Program-made: the position numbers and the translations under genes
Source of the DNA: an uncultured delta proteobacterium
GTDB lineage: Bacteria; Desulfobacterota; Binatia; HRBIN30; BPIQ01
NCBI GenBank assembly: GCA_963761335.1
Contig: CAVXGR010000016.1
Span: forward strand, 192,001-256,000
Direction of reading: 5' to 3'
Length of the DNA: 64,000 nt
Shown here: positions 48,104 through 56,788 of the stretch, piece after piece
Layout: the number at the start of each line of letters is the position of its first letter
Position numbering within the stretch: the first letter of the stretch is position 1
The notes under the pieces: model-generated
Told to the model about the DNA's origin: nothing
Databases searched by the model: none
Seen by the model: only the letters and a program-made list of their open reading frames with translations

Positions 48104-48709
48104 ATGGGTTCGCAGACGGCAGCTTCCACCCTGGAGCAGTATCTCAAGAACGAGGCGGCGCCCCGCTTCAGCCAGCTGGTCGACGAGGCCGAGCGCAAGG
48201 TGGCGGCTGCGGTACAAGACCTCGAGGATCTGCGCGGTGCCGTGGGAACCGCCTGCTGGATGGTCGCCGAGGAGGCGCCCGTCTATCTCAATATCGCCGA
48301 CGGGAGGATTGCCGTGGACGCCGCCCCGTCCCACGAGCCCTTCATGACCGTGCAGATGAGTGCGGCCGACTGGGAGCGCTTCTCCGCCGGTGCGGGCGGC
48401 GGCTTCCTCAACGACCGCAGCGGCCAGCGCCGCTTCGGCCGCAGCCGCATCGAGCGCCTGCGGGGGGTTCGCGGCACCGTGCGCTTCGTCTTCACCGGCC
48501 TTGCCGACGGCGCCGACTGGACCTGCGACGTCGCCTTCAACGACCGGCCAGCGGTGGCGCCGAACGCGACCGTCACCGTGCCCGCCGATACCATCGCCCA
48601 GATCCAGGGCGGGCAGCTCGAGCCGCAGCTTGCCTTCATGCAGGGTCGTATCAAGCTCAGCGGTGATGCCGGATTGGTGATGCAGCTGGGCATGGCGATG
48701 TTCATGTAG
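48104..48709 (+). CDS. SCP2 sterol/lipid-binding domain protein (probably tandem SCP2)
   Basis: C-terminal ATVTV......[26 protein letters not shown]; a degenerate N-terminal repeat of the same fold. Confidence 0.75.
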   Translation: MGSQTAASTLEQYLKNEAAPRFSQLVDEAERKVAAAVQDLEDLRGAVGTACWMVAEEAPVYLNIADGRIAVDAAPSHEPFMTVQMSAADWERFSAGAGGGFLNDRSGQRRFGRSRIERLRGVRGTVRFVFTGLADGADWTCDVAFNDRPAVAPNATVTVPADTIAQIQGGQLEPQLAFMQGRIKLSGDAGLVMQLGMAMFM

Positions 48710-48711
48710 AT

Positions 48712-48751
48712 GGTTGTCGAGTTCATGGGTTTTCGGGTTCTCGGGTTTGTG
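48712..48751 (+). repeat. Degenerate octamer-periodic repeat
   Basis: GGTTGTCG AGTTCATG GGTTTTCG GGTTCTCG GGTTTGTG; resembles the reverse complement of the 39699 octamer. Confidence 0.55.
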
Positions 48752-48756
48752 ACTCG

Positions 48757-49263
48757 GTGAAGAGAGAGCGACGGGGCGGGGGGCGGCGGCGGCAGAAGGT
48801 GCTGGGTCGTGCGGCCTTGAAGCGGAGGCTCAACGAGCTGCGCCGCGAGGGCGCGCATATCGTCTTCACCAACGGTTGCTTCGATCTCCTGCACCCGGGA
48901 CACGTGCGCTATCTCCAAGCTGCTCGGGCGCTCGGCGACGTCCTGGTCGTCGGCGTCAACAGCGATCGCTCGGTGCGCGAGATCAAGGGGGCGTCGCGGC
49001 CGCTGGTCCCGGAAGCGGATCGCGCCGAGGTGGTCGCCGCCCTCGATGCGGTGGACTACGTCACCGTCTTCGACGAGCCGACGCCCCACCAGCTCATCCG
49101 CACTCTCGAGCCCGACGTTCTCGTCAAGGGCGGCGACTGGTCGCCGGAGCGCATCGTCGGCGCCGACCTGGTACGGGCCCGGGGCGGGACCGTGCGCTCA
49201 CTGCGCTTTGCTCCCGGATACTCGACCACGGAGCTGATCCGCCGCATCAAGGAGAAAGGGTAG
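48757..49263 (+). CDS. rfaE2: D-glycero-beta-D-manno-heptose 1-phosphate adenylyltransferase (HldC)
   Basis: [52 protein letters not shown]. Confidence 0.95.
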   Translation: MKRERRGGGRRRQKVLGRAALKRRLNELRREGAHIVFTNGCFDLLHPGHVRYLQAARALGDVLVVGVNSDRSVREIKGASRPLVPEADRAEVVAALDAVDYVTVFDEPTPHQLIRTLEPDVLVKGGDWSPERIVGADLVRARGGTVRSLRFAPGYSTTELIRRIKEKG

Positions 49264-49294
49264 GCACCTGCCGGGGCGACGCAGAGAATGATGC

Positions 49295-49420
49295 AGAGAA
49301 TGTAGAATGAAAGACCGGTGACCGGTGATGAAGAACCGGTAACCCCGCGCCACCCCCGCTGTGCGGGCCGGTTTGCCGGCTCTCCATCACCGGTCACCGG
49401 TTCTCCATTTTACATTCTCT
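49295..49420. repeat. Inverted pair of 50-bp heptamer-periodic arms (MITE-like hairpin)
   Basis: 49295-49344 vs reverse complement of 49371-49420: 42/50 identical by manual alignment, with mostly A/G differences. Confidence 0.85.
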
Positions 49421-49531
49421 TCTTTCTTTGCTCCCCGCGACAGGTAACCCCGCGCCACCTTGAAACCCGCCCCGGCCCGGTGTTAGAAGCCGCCCATGCC
49501 CGACTACCGCCGCCGGAAGGTCCGGGAGGCG

Positions 49532-50887
49532 ATGAGTGTTTCGGTCGACGTGAACGGGGCGATGGCGGAAGTGCTGGGCGCAGCCGGCTTCGAGCGCGCC
49601 GCGCTCGACGGCCTCGCCGAGCGGGTGGCGGCCATTGCCGCCTCCCTCGAGCAGCAGCGCCTCGATGGGGCGCTCCCGTTCCTCGATCTGCCGAGCAGCC
49701 GCGAGCCGTTGAGCCAGGTGAAGAGGCTGGCGGCAGATCTGCGCGAGGAGGCAGACAACCTGGTGGTGCTCGGCATCGGCGGCTCGGCGCTGGCGGCGCG
49801 CGCCATTGCCGGATCCCTTCCCGGAGACCGGCGGGTGCTGGTCGCCGACAACATCGATCCGTGGACGTTCACCCGCCTCCTTCTCGATCTCGACCTGGAA
49901 CGCACCGTCTTCAATGTCGTCAGCAAGTCCGGAGACACCGCCGAGACCATGGCGCAGTTTCTCGTCGTCCGCGATCTCCTGCTGCACACCTTCGGCGCCG
50001 TCGACTACCAGCGCCACGTGGTGGTCACCACCGACGCCGAGGAGGGATACCTGCGACAGATCGTCAGTGACGAGGGCTTTCGCGATCTGCCGCTGCCGCC
50101 GGGAATCGCCGGCCGATTCTCGGCGCTCTCGGCCGTGGGTCTGTTGCCGGCCGCCTTCATCGGCGCGCATGCCGACGATCTGCTGGCTGGGGCGGCGTGG
50201 ATGGAGGAGCGCTGCCGCGCCGCCGATATGTGGCGCAACCCGGGCCATGCGCTCGGCGCCTTCCTCTGGCAGGCGTGCGCCGAGAGAGGCAAGTCGTGCG
50301 CCGTCTTCATGCCCTACTGCGATCGCCTCACCGGGATGGGCGGCGTCTTCGCCCAGCTGTGGGCGGAGTGTCTCGGCAAGCGCTCCGCCAGCGGCAACGC
50401 CGTTGGCCAGACGCCGATCCGCGCCGTGGGGGCCACGGACGAGTACGCGCAGATGCAGCTGTTCACCGACGGTCCCGACGACAAGATCTTCGTCCTCCTG
50501 CGCGTCGCCAACCACATGGGCGAGATGTCGGTGCCTCCCGCCTACACCGACCTCGCCGGCGTCGGCTATCTCGGCGCCAAGACCATGGGCGAGCTGCTGA
50601 ACGTGGCCGAGCAGGCCGCCGAGGTGGCGCTGGCCGGCCGCGGGCGCATGGTGCTGCGCCTCGGCGTTCCCACGGTCGACGCCTTCTCCCTCGGCCAGCT
50701 CTTCGTTCTCTTCCAACGCGCCGTGCTGGTCGCCGCGGCGCTCGCCGGGGTCGATGCCTTCGATCAGCCCGGAGTCGACGACGTCCGCCGTCTCGAGTAC
50801 GCTCTCGCCGGGCGCGCCGATCTGGCCGAGCGTCAGGCGGAGGCGCAGGAGTGGGCGTCGCGGCGTCGCCCCGAGTACGTGCTGTGA
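49532..50887 (+). CDS. Glucose-6-phosphate isomerase-like protein with substituted catalytic His and Lys
   Basis: GIGGS, DNIDP, SKSG.T.ET, GRFS, QLWAE.LGK retained; DQHS motif reads DEYA; FDQPGVExGK reads FDQPGVDDVR. Confidence 0.85.
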   Translation: MSVSVDVNGAMAEVLGAAGFERAALDGLAERVAAIAASLEQQRLDGALPFLDLPSSREPLSQVKRLAADLREEADNLVVLGIGGSALAARAIAGSLPGDRRVLVADNIDPWTFTRLLLDLDLERTVFNVVSKSGDTAETMAQFLVVRDLLLHTFGAVDYQRHVVVTTDAEEGYLRQIVSDEGFRDLPLPPGIAGRFSALSAVGLLPAAFIGAHADDLLAGAAWMEERCRAADMWRNPGHALGAFLWQACAERGKSCAVFMPYCDRLTGMGGVFAQLWAECLGKRSASGNAVGQTPIRAVGATDEYAQMQLFTDGPDDKIFVLLRVANHMGEMSVPPAYTDLAGVGYLGAKTMGELLNVAEQAAEVALAGRGRMVLRLGVPTVDAFSLGQLFVLFQRAVLVAAALAGVDAFDQPGVDDVRRLEYALAGRADLAERQAEAQEWASRRRPEYVL

Positions 50888-52689
50888 ACCCGATCGTCGA
50901 ACGCGGCGGCGCGCCGCGCATTCGCCTGTTGCCGACCCCGGTCGCCGAGCAGATCGCCGCCGGCGAGGTGGTCGAGCGCCCTGCCTCGGTGGTCAAGGAG
51001 CTGGTCGAGAACTCCATCGACGCCGGCGCCCGCCGCATCGACGTGGAGCTCACCGAGGGCGGCGTCGGCAGCATCGTCGTCGTCGACGACGGCGAGGGCA
51101 TGGGTCCCGAGGACGCGCTGCTCGCCTTTCGCCGCCACGCCACCAGCAAGATCGCCGACGCCGGCGACCTGCTGCGGGTCACCACCCTCGGCTTTCGCGG
51201 CGAGGCCCTGGCGGCGATCGCCGCGGTCGCCGACGTGCGCATGGTCACCCGCCCGCCGAGCCTCGAAGTGGCGACCCAGGTGCGCGTGCACGGTGGCGCG
51301 GTCGCCGACGTGCGCGAGACCGGTGCGCCGGTGGGCACGCGCCTCGAGGTGCGCGATCTGTTCTTCAATACTCCGGCGCGGCGCAAGTTCCTGAAGACGC
51401 CGGGCACCGAGGTCGGACACGTCAACGAGCTGGTGGTCCGCTGCGCGCTCGCCTGCCCGTCGATCGGCTTCACCCTGCGGCACGCCGAGCGCACGCTGGT
51501 CGAGCTTCCCGCCGTCGAGCGCCCCGAGGATCGACTGGCGCAGGTCTTCGGCCGCGAGCGCGCCGCGGCAATGCGGCCGCTGGCGGAGCGCGGCGCCGCC
51601 GGCGCGGTGCACGGCTGGGTGACCGACCCGCACGCCAACTTCCCCACGGCGCGCCACGTCTACACCTACGTCAACGGCCGCTTCGTCAAGGACCGACTGG
51701 TCACCCACGCTCTCCTCGCCGGCTACAGCACCCTGCTCATGCAGGGCCGCTATCCCGGCGCCGTACTGTTTCTCCAGGTGGCGCCCGAGGAGGTCGACGT
51801 CAACGTGCATCCGGCCAAGGCCGAGGTCCGCTTCCGCCGCAGCGGCCTGGTGCACGAGCTGATCACCCGCAGTGTCAGTGGCCGACTGCGGGCGGCAGTC
51901 GTCGCCGCCGCGGAGAGCGGGGAGCGGCCACCGGCGAGCGCGCCGCTTCCCGGGTTCCGGCCCGAGCCGCTGCCGCTGCGCTCGGGGCCCTACGTGCCGC
52001 TGCGCCTGGTGCCGATGCCGCCGGGTGTCGGGTCACCGCCGCCGGCGGCGGCGCCGCAGTTCGCGCTGCCGGCCAGGCCCGCAGCGGAGCTGCCCGTCGA
52101 GGGCGGCTTCTTCTCCTCACTGCGCGTCGTCGGCCAGCTGTTCGAGGGCTACCTCGTCTGCCAGAGCGGCGACGCCATGGTACTCATCGACCAGCACGCC
52201 GCCCACGAGCGCGTCTCCTTCGAACGGCTGCGCCGCGCCTACGCCGCCGGCGGCGTCGTCCGCCAGCCGCTGCTGGTGCCCGCGGTGGTCGAGCTGCGGC
52301 CACGCGAGGCGGCGCTGCTCACCGACGCCTGCGAGGCCCTCGAGCGCATCGGCTTCGAGCTCGAGCCCTTCGGCACCAACAGCTTCGCGGTGCGCGCCGT
52401 GCCGGCGCTGCTCGCCGACGCCAACCCCGCCACCCTGGTTCACGATTTGATCGAAGAGCTCGCCGAGGAGGGCAGCTCGCGCCGCCTCACCGACGCCGCC
52501 GAGGACGTGCTCGCCACGCTCGCCTGCCACAGCGCCGTGCGCATCGGCCAGTCCCTCAACTCCGAGCAGATCCGCTCGCTGCTGATCGCCATGGACAGCA
52601 TCGACTTCGCCGGCAACTGCCCGCACGGCCGGCCGGCGTTTCTCACCTTCCCGCGCGGCGAGCTGGAGCGAAGATTCCGCAGGAGCTGA
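50884..52689 (+). CDS. mutL: DNA mismatch repair endonuclease MutL
   Basis: QIAAGEVVERPASVVKELVENSIDAG, HATSKI, TLGFRGEAL, VDVNVHP.K.EVRF, DQHAAHER, ACH, CPHGRP. Confidence 0.97.
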   Translation: MNPIVERGGAPRIRLLPTPVAEQIAAGEVVERPASVVKELVENSIDAGARRIDVELTEGGVGSIVVVDDGEGMGPEDALLAFRRHATSKIADAGDLLRVTTLGFRGEALAAIAAVADVRMVTRPPSLEVATQVRVHGGAVADVRETGAPVGTRLEVRDLFFNTPARRKFLKTPGTEVGHVNELVVRCALACPSIGFTLRHAERTLVELPAVERPEDRLAQVFGRERAAAMRPLAERGAAGAVHGWVTDPHANFPTARHVYTYVNGRFVKDRLVTHALLAGYSTLLMQGRYPGAVLFLQVAPEEVDVNVHPAKAEVRFRRSGLVHELITRSVSGRLRAAVVAAAESGERPPASAPLPGFRPEPLPLRSGPYVPLRLVPMPPGVGSPPPAAAPQFALPARPAAELPVEGGFFSSLRVVGQLFEGYLVCQSGDAMVLIDQHAAHERVSFERLRRAYAAGGVVRQPLLVPAVVELRPREAALLTDACEALERIGFELEPFGTNSFAVRAVPALLADANPATLVHDLIEELAEEGSSRRLTDAAEDVLATLACHSAVRIGQSLNSEQIRSLLIAMDSIDFAGNCPHGRPAFLTFPRGELERRFRRS

Positions 52690-52739
52690 GGGGTTGAGGT
52701 GTTGGGTGCTTTTGGGGGAGAGGCGCTGCAGGCGGGGAG

Positions 52740-52912
52740 GAACGCAAGGACGCAAAGACGCAAAGCCGGGCTGCTGTTATCGGGGGTTGCGCCTGAGTCG
52801 GTGCGGGAGACGCGCTGCGTATGCGCCAGACCAGCCTCTTATCTCGCCGCTCGCGAAAGCCGCATCACCGTCTCTGGGCAGGCCGGCTTTGCGCCTTTGC
52901 GTCTTTGCGTTC
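52740..52912. repeat. Inverted pair of 35-bp arms built from (ACGCAAAG)n octamers
   Basis: 52740-52774 vs reverse complement of 52878-52912: 32/35 identical; 103-nt spacer. Confidence 0.85.
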
Positions 52913-52985
52913 TACGGAGGCCGAGACTGTTGCGGCCAAGCTGGCCGCGCTCCCAAGGCGGCTCAACACCGTCCCGGCGGCGGGT

Positions 52986-53057
52986 GGGGACAGGCAACTT
53001 TTGCGGCCGAGATCCTTGCTCTCGAGTGATTCCGCGGGGCAAAAGTAGCCTGTCCCC
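52986..53057. repeat. GGGGACAGGC-type inverted repeat element, copy 1
   Basis: GGGGACAGGCAACTTTTGC / GCAAAAGTAGCCTGTCCCC (18/19 complementary); abuts the miaA ATG. Confidence 0.8.
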
Positions 53058-53981
53058 ATGCTCGACACCTCAACCCCTCGTCCCATCGCCCTCGTCGGTC
53101 CGACGGCTTCGGGAAAGACGGAGCTGGCCATCGAGCTGGCGCGGCGGTTTGACGCCGAGATCGTCGGCGCTGACTCCCGGCAGGTCTACCGGGGGCTCGA
53201 CGTTGGCAGCGCCAAGCCGACGGCGGCGCAGCGCGCCGCCGTGCCCCATCACCTGATCGACGTCGCCGAGCCGGACGAGGTGTTCAACTGCGCTCGCTTT
53301 CGCGAGCTGGCGCTCGAGGCGATCGGCGACATCCGGGCCCGCGGGAAGCGGGTCCTCGTCGTCGGGGGCACCGGGCTCTATGTGAGGGTCCTGCGCCACG
53401 GTCTGTTCCCCGGGCCCGGGCGCGACCCCGATCTTCGACGGCGCCTGACGGCAGAGGAGGATGCGGCCCCCGGTGCTCTGCACCGGCGCCTCGAGGAGGT
53501 CGATCCGGCGGCGGCGGCGCGCCTGCACGCGCGCGACCGCGTCCGTTTGATCCGCGCCCTCGAGGTCTACGAGCTCAGCGGCCGGCCGATCAGTGCCTGG
53601 CAGGCGGAGCACCGCTTCGCAAACGGTGGGCAGGAGATGACCGTCATCGCTCTCGAGCTGCCGCGCGCCGAGATCTACGCGCGCATCGAGGCCCGCTGCG
53701 CGGCGATGATCGAGGGCGGTCTGATCGAGGAGGTGAGGGGATTGCTCGACGCCGGCTACGCGCCCGAGCTTCCCGCCTTGCAGAGCCCCGGCTACCGCGA
53801 GATCGGCGAGTATCTGCGCGGCCTCTGCGACCTCGACACGGCGCGCGAGCGCGTGGCGCGCGCCACCCGCCGCCTGGCGAAGCGGCAGATGACCTGGCTG
53901 CGCGGCGAGGCGGAGATCGTCTGGTGTCCGCCGCGGCTGGAGGAGGTGGAGCGCATCGCCGAAGGCGTATGGGCGCGGTAG
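53058..53981 (+). CDS. miaA: tRNA dimethylallyltransferase
   Basis: GPTASGKT, ADSRQVYRGLD.GSAKP, PHHLID, VGGTGLY, RALEV, GYRE, AKRQ.TW. Confidence 0.96.
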   Translation: MLDTSTPRPIALVGPTASGKTELAIELARRFDAEIVGADSRQVYRGLDVGSAKPTAAQRAAVPHHLIDVAEPDEVFNCARFRELALEAIGDIRARGKRVLVVGGTGLYVRVLRHGLFPGPGRDPDLRRRLTAEEDAAPGALHRRLEEVDPAAAARLHARDRVRLIRALEVYELSGRPISAWQAEHRFANGGQEMTVIALELPRAEIYARIEARCAAMIEGGLIEEVRGLLDAGYAPELPALQSPGYREIGEYLRGLCDLDTARERVARATRRLAKRQMTWLRGEAEIVWCPPRLEEVERIAEGVWAR

Positions 53982-54083
53982 GGACACAGTGCATCATGAG
54001 CCTCACGGCTCACCAAAGACGATGAAATGAGGCTGGGGCTCCGCCCCGGCAGGAGATTTGGAGGTTCTCGCCTGGGCGAAGTT

Positions 54084-54281
54084 CGCCCCGGAGGGGCGGT
54101 GGCGTGTAGCCCCGGGTGAAACCCGGGGAAAAATGCGCGATCCGTCATACGCGCCCCGCCAGGGGCGCGGGCACATTTCCCTCGATGTCGGCGCGTCTAC
54201 GCCGATGATCAGCGCTGGGCGCGTGGGAAGCCTCATCGACGTGCTTCGCGCGACCTCTATGCCTGCGCCCCTCCGGGGCGC
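54084..54281. repeat. Multi-hairpin palindromic element (uninterrupted copy, plus a third inverted hairpin)
   Basis: CGCCCCGGAGGGGCG-GTGGCGTGTAG-CCCCGGGTGAAACCCGGGG...GCGCCCCGCCAGGGGCGC...GCGCCCCTCCGGGGCGC. Confidence 0.75.
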
Positions 54282-54306
54282 GGACCTGGGCCGATGCCCG
54301 GGCGGC

Positions 54307-54385
54307 GGGGACAGGCACCTTTTCGGCGGCGAAGGCTGCATGCTTGAATGAAGGCGAGGCCTGCGCCGAAAAGGAGCCAGTCCCC
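54307..54385. repeat. GGGGACAGGC-type inverted repeat element, copy 2
   Basis: GGGGACAGGCACCTTTTCGGCG / CGCCGAAAAGGAGCCAGTCCCC (20/22 complementary). Confidence 0.8.
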
Positions 54386-54397
54386 TTCTCCCCAGGT

Positions 54398-54426
54398 TTG
54401 CATTCGCGGCGCGCTTCGGGTAGCTA
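54398..54426 (+). promoter_or_regulatory. Putative promoter of the pheA operon
   Basis: TTGCAT-N17-TAGCTA, leaving a ~140-nt leader. Confidence 0.5.
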
Positions 54427-54572
54427 ACCAGACCTGCTCGCCCCCCGATCCACTCGCATGACCCTTCCCGGTAGACAGAAAGTCCTTTGGCAGCCGTGCG
54501 CCCGGTGGTGGTGCGCCGCGGGCCGGTCTGCCAGCGGCTCGGCGGCGCGCACGACTATGGATTTCCGGAGGC

Positions 54573-55679
54573 ATGCCGGTGCCGCGCGCCCGCTCGCTTG
54601 ACGCCATCCGCGCCGACATCGATCGCATCGATGAAGAGCTCCTGGCGCTGCTCAACCGGCGCGCCGAGCTGGCGATCGAGGTCGGTCACCGCAAGGCTCA
54701 GGATCGCAAGCGCACCTTCGCTCCGGAGCGCGAAAAGCGCGTCCTTGGGCGATTGGAGTCGCTCAACCGCGGACCGCTGCGCGCCGACATGGTGCGGCCG
54801 ATCTTTCGCGAGGTGATCTCCGCCTGCCGCTCGCTCGAGCAGCCCCTGCGCATCGCTTTCCTGGGACCCGAGGGGACCTTCTCCCATCTGGCGGCGCGCC
54901 AGCAGTTCGGCGCCGCCAGCGAGCTGGCGCCAGCGTCGACCATCAGCGCCGTCTTCGACGAGGTGGAGCACGGCCGCGCCGACTACGGCATCGTACCGGT
55001 GGAGAACTCGAGCGAGGGGGTGGTGACGGCGACCATGGATCGCTTCGTCAACTCGCCGCTGTCGATCAAGGCGGAGGCACTGCTGCCGGTGAATCTCCTG
55101 CTGCTCTCGCGCAGCGGCCGGCGCGAGGCGGTGCGTCGCATCGTCTCCATGGCGCAGCCGCTCGGCCAGTGCCGCGGCTGGCTGGCGAGGAATCTGCCCG
55201 GCATCCCCATCGACGAGGTGTCGAGCACCGCCAAGGCCGCGGCCCTCGCCTCCCGCGACCAGGGTGTCGCCGCCGTCGCCGGCGTGCTGGCGCAGGAGCG
55301 CTACAAGCTGCGGGTGGTGGCGGCCAATATCCAGGATCAGCCGAAGAACTTCACCCGCTTTCTGGTTCTCACCTCCGACGGCACCGCGCCGCGCAGCGGC
55401 GACGACAAGTCGACTCTGCTGTTCTCGGTGCGCCATGAGGCGGGAGCCCTCTACCGCGTGCTGCGTCCGTTCGCCGATCACAAGGTGAACCTGCTGAGCA
55501 TCGAGTCGCGTCCCCTGAAGGGCCGCCCGTGGGAGTACGTCTTCTTCCTCGACGTCAGCGGCCACCTGGAGGAGGCCCGCCTCGCCCGCGCCCTGGAGGC
55601 GCTGCGGCCGCGCTGCGTGTCCCTGCGGGTCCTGGGCTCCTACCCGGTGTCGCGCACGCTGGAGTCGCGATGGAAGTGA
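54573..55679 (+). CDS. pheA: Chorismate mutase / prephenate dehydratase
   Basis: L..IR..ID.ID..LL.LLN.RA...K...PERE; AFLGP.GTFS, VPVENS.EG, NFTRF, ACT domain with IESRP...WEY.FF.D. GTG 54579 is an alternative start. Confidence 0.95.
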   Translation: MPVPRARSLDAIRADIDRIDEELLALLNRRAELAIEVGHRKAQDRKRTFAPEREKRVLGRLESLNRGPLRADMVRPIFREVISACRSLEQPLRIAFLGPEGTFSHLAARQQFGAASELAPASTISAVFDEVEHGRADYGIVPVENSSEGVVTATMDRFVNSPLSIKAEALLPVNLLLLSRSGRREAVRRIVSMAQPLGQCRGWLARNLPGIPIDEVSSTAKAAALASRDQGVAAVAGVLAQERYKLRVVAANIQDQPKNFTRFLVLTSDGTAPRSGDDKSTLLFSVRHEAGALYRVLRPFADHKVNLLSIESRPLKGRPWEYVFFLDVSGHLEEARLARALEALRPRCVSLRVLGSYPVSRTLESRWK

Positions 55680-56788
55680 AGAACCTCGTCCCCGACTGGG
55701 TCCGCTCCCTGACCCCGTATCCGCCGGGCAAGCCGATCGAGGAGCTGGAGCGGGAGTACGGCGTCCACGACTCGATCAAGCTGGCGTCCAACGAGAATCC
55801 GCTGGGTCCCTCGCCAAAGGCGCTGGCGGCGCTGCAGCAGGCGATCGGCGAGGTGCACCGCTATCCGGACGGCAGCGCCTACTACCTGCGGCGCGCCCTG
55901 GCGCAGAAGCTGCAGATCTCCCCCGAGACACTCATCTTCGGCAACGGCTCCAACGAGATCATCGAGCTCGCCGTGCGCACCTTCCTGCGCCCGGGCGAGG
56001 AAGCGGTGATGGCCGACCAGGCATTCGTCATCTATCGCATGACCGTGCAGGCGGCGGGCGGGCGGGCGACGCTGGTGCCGCTCAGCGACTTCACCCACGA
56101 TCTCGAGGCGATCGCCGAAGCCATCGGCCCGACCACCAAGATGGTGTTCCTGGCCAACCCCAACAACCCGACCGGAACCATCTTCTTTCGCGCCGCCTGG
56201 GAGGACTTCCTGCGCGCCCTGCCGCCACGGGTGATCATCGTCATGGACGAGGCCTACGCCGAGTTCGTCGACGATCCCCGCTACCCGAGCTCGCTCGAGG
56301 ACCACGGCAGCGGTCACCTGCTGATCACCCTGCGGACCTTCTCCAAGATCTACGGTCTCGCCGGCCTGCGCGTCGGCTATGGCGTGGCGGCGCCGGAGCT
56401 GATCGATCTCATGAACCGGGTGCGCCAGCCGTTCAACGTCAGCACCCTGGCGCAGGTGGCGGCGGCCGCGGCTCTCGGCGACGACGAGCACGTGGAGCGC
56501 ACGCGCGAGGCGAACCGCCGGGGCGCCGAGTACCTGAAGCGCGAGTGCGAGCGCCTCGGCCTCGCCTGGGTGCCGAGCTGGGCGAACTTTCTCCTGGTGC
56601 AGGTCGGCAACGGCGCGCAGATGTACGAGCGACTGCTGCGCCGCGGCGTCATCGTGCGCCCGATGGTCTTCTACGGCTTCCCGGATCACGTGCGCGTGAC
56701 CATCGGCACGGCGCCGGAGAACGAGCGCTTCATCGCCGCCCTCGAAGAGGTGCTGGCGGATCGGGCCACGCGTGACCAGGCGTTTTGA
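55670..56788 (+). CDS. hisC: Histidinol-phosphate/aromatic aminotransferase
   Basis: PYPPGKP, KLASNENPLG, RYPD, GNGSNE, NPNNPTG, DEAY, RTFSKIYGLAGLRVGY. Confidence 0.95.
   Translation: MEVKNLVPDWVRSLTPYPPGKPIEELEREYGVHDSIKLASNENPLGPSPKALAALQQAIGEVHRYPDGSAYYLRRALAQKLQISPETLIFGNGSNEIIELAVRTFLRPGEEAVMADQAFVIYRMTVQAAGGRATLVPLSDFTHDLEAIAEAIGPTTKMVFLANPNNPTGTIFFRAAWEDFLRALPPRVIIVMDEAYAEFVDDPRYPSSLEDHGSGHLLITLRTFSKIYGLAGLRVGYGVAAPELIDLMNRVRQPFNVSTLAQVAAAAALGDDEHVERTREANRRGAEYLKRECERLGLAWVPSWANFLLVQVGNGAQMYERLLRRGVIVRPMVFYGFPDHVRVTIGTAPENERFIAALEEVLADRATRDQAF

Noticed and set aside
52694..53256. Small ORFs across the mutL-miaA gap, and 54003-54351 in the miaA-pheA gap
   Set aside because: They run through inverted-repeat elements and have atypical composition; no hfq or transposase motif.
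54084..54181. tRNA-like cloverleaf
   Set aside because: No TTCG T-loop, D-loop GG, acceptor stem or CCA; a second copy at 39.5 kb shows it is a dispersed repeat.
55140..55175. PheA SHxQ motif reads SMAQ
   Set aside because: The TRF motif and the rest of the domain are intact; one substitution is too little to claim changed function.
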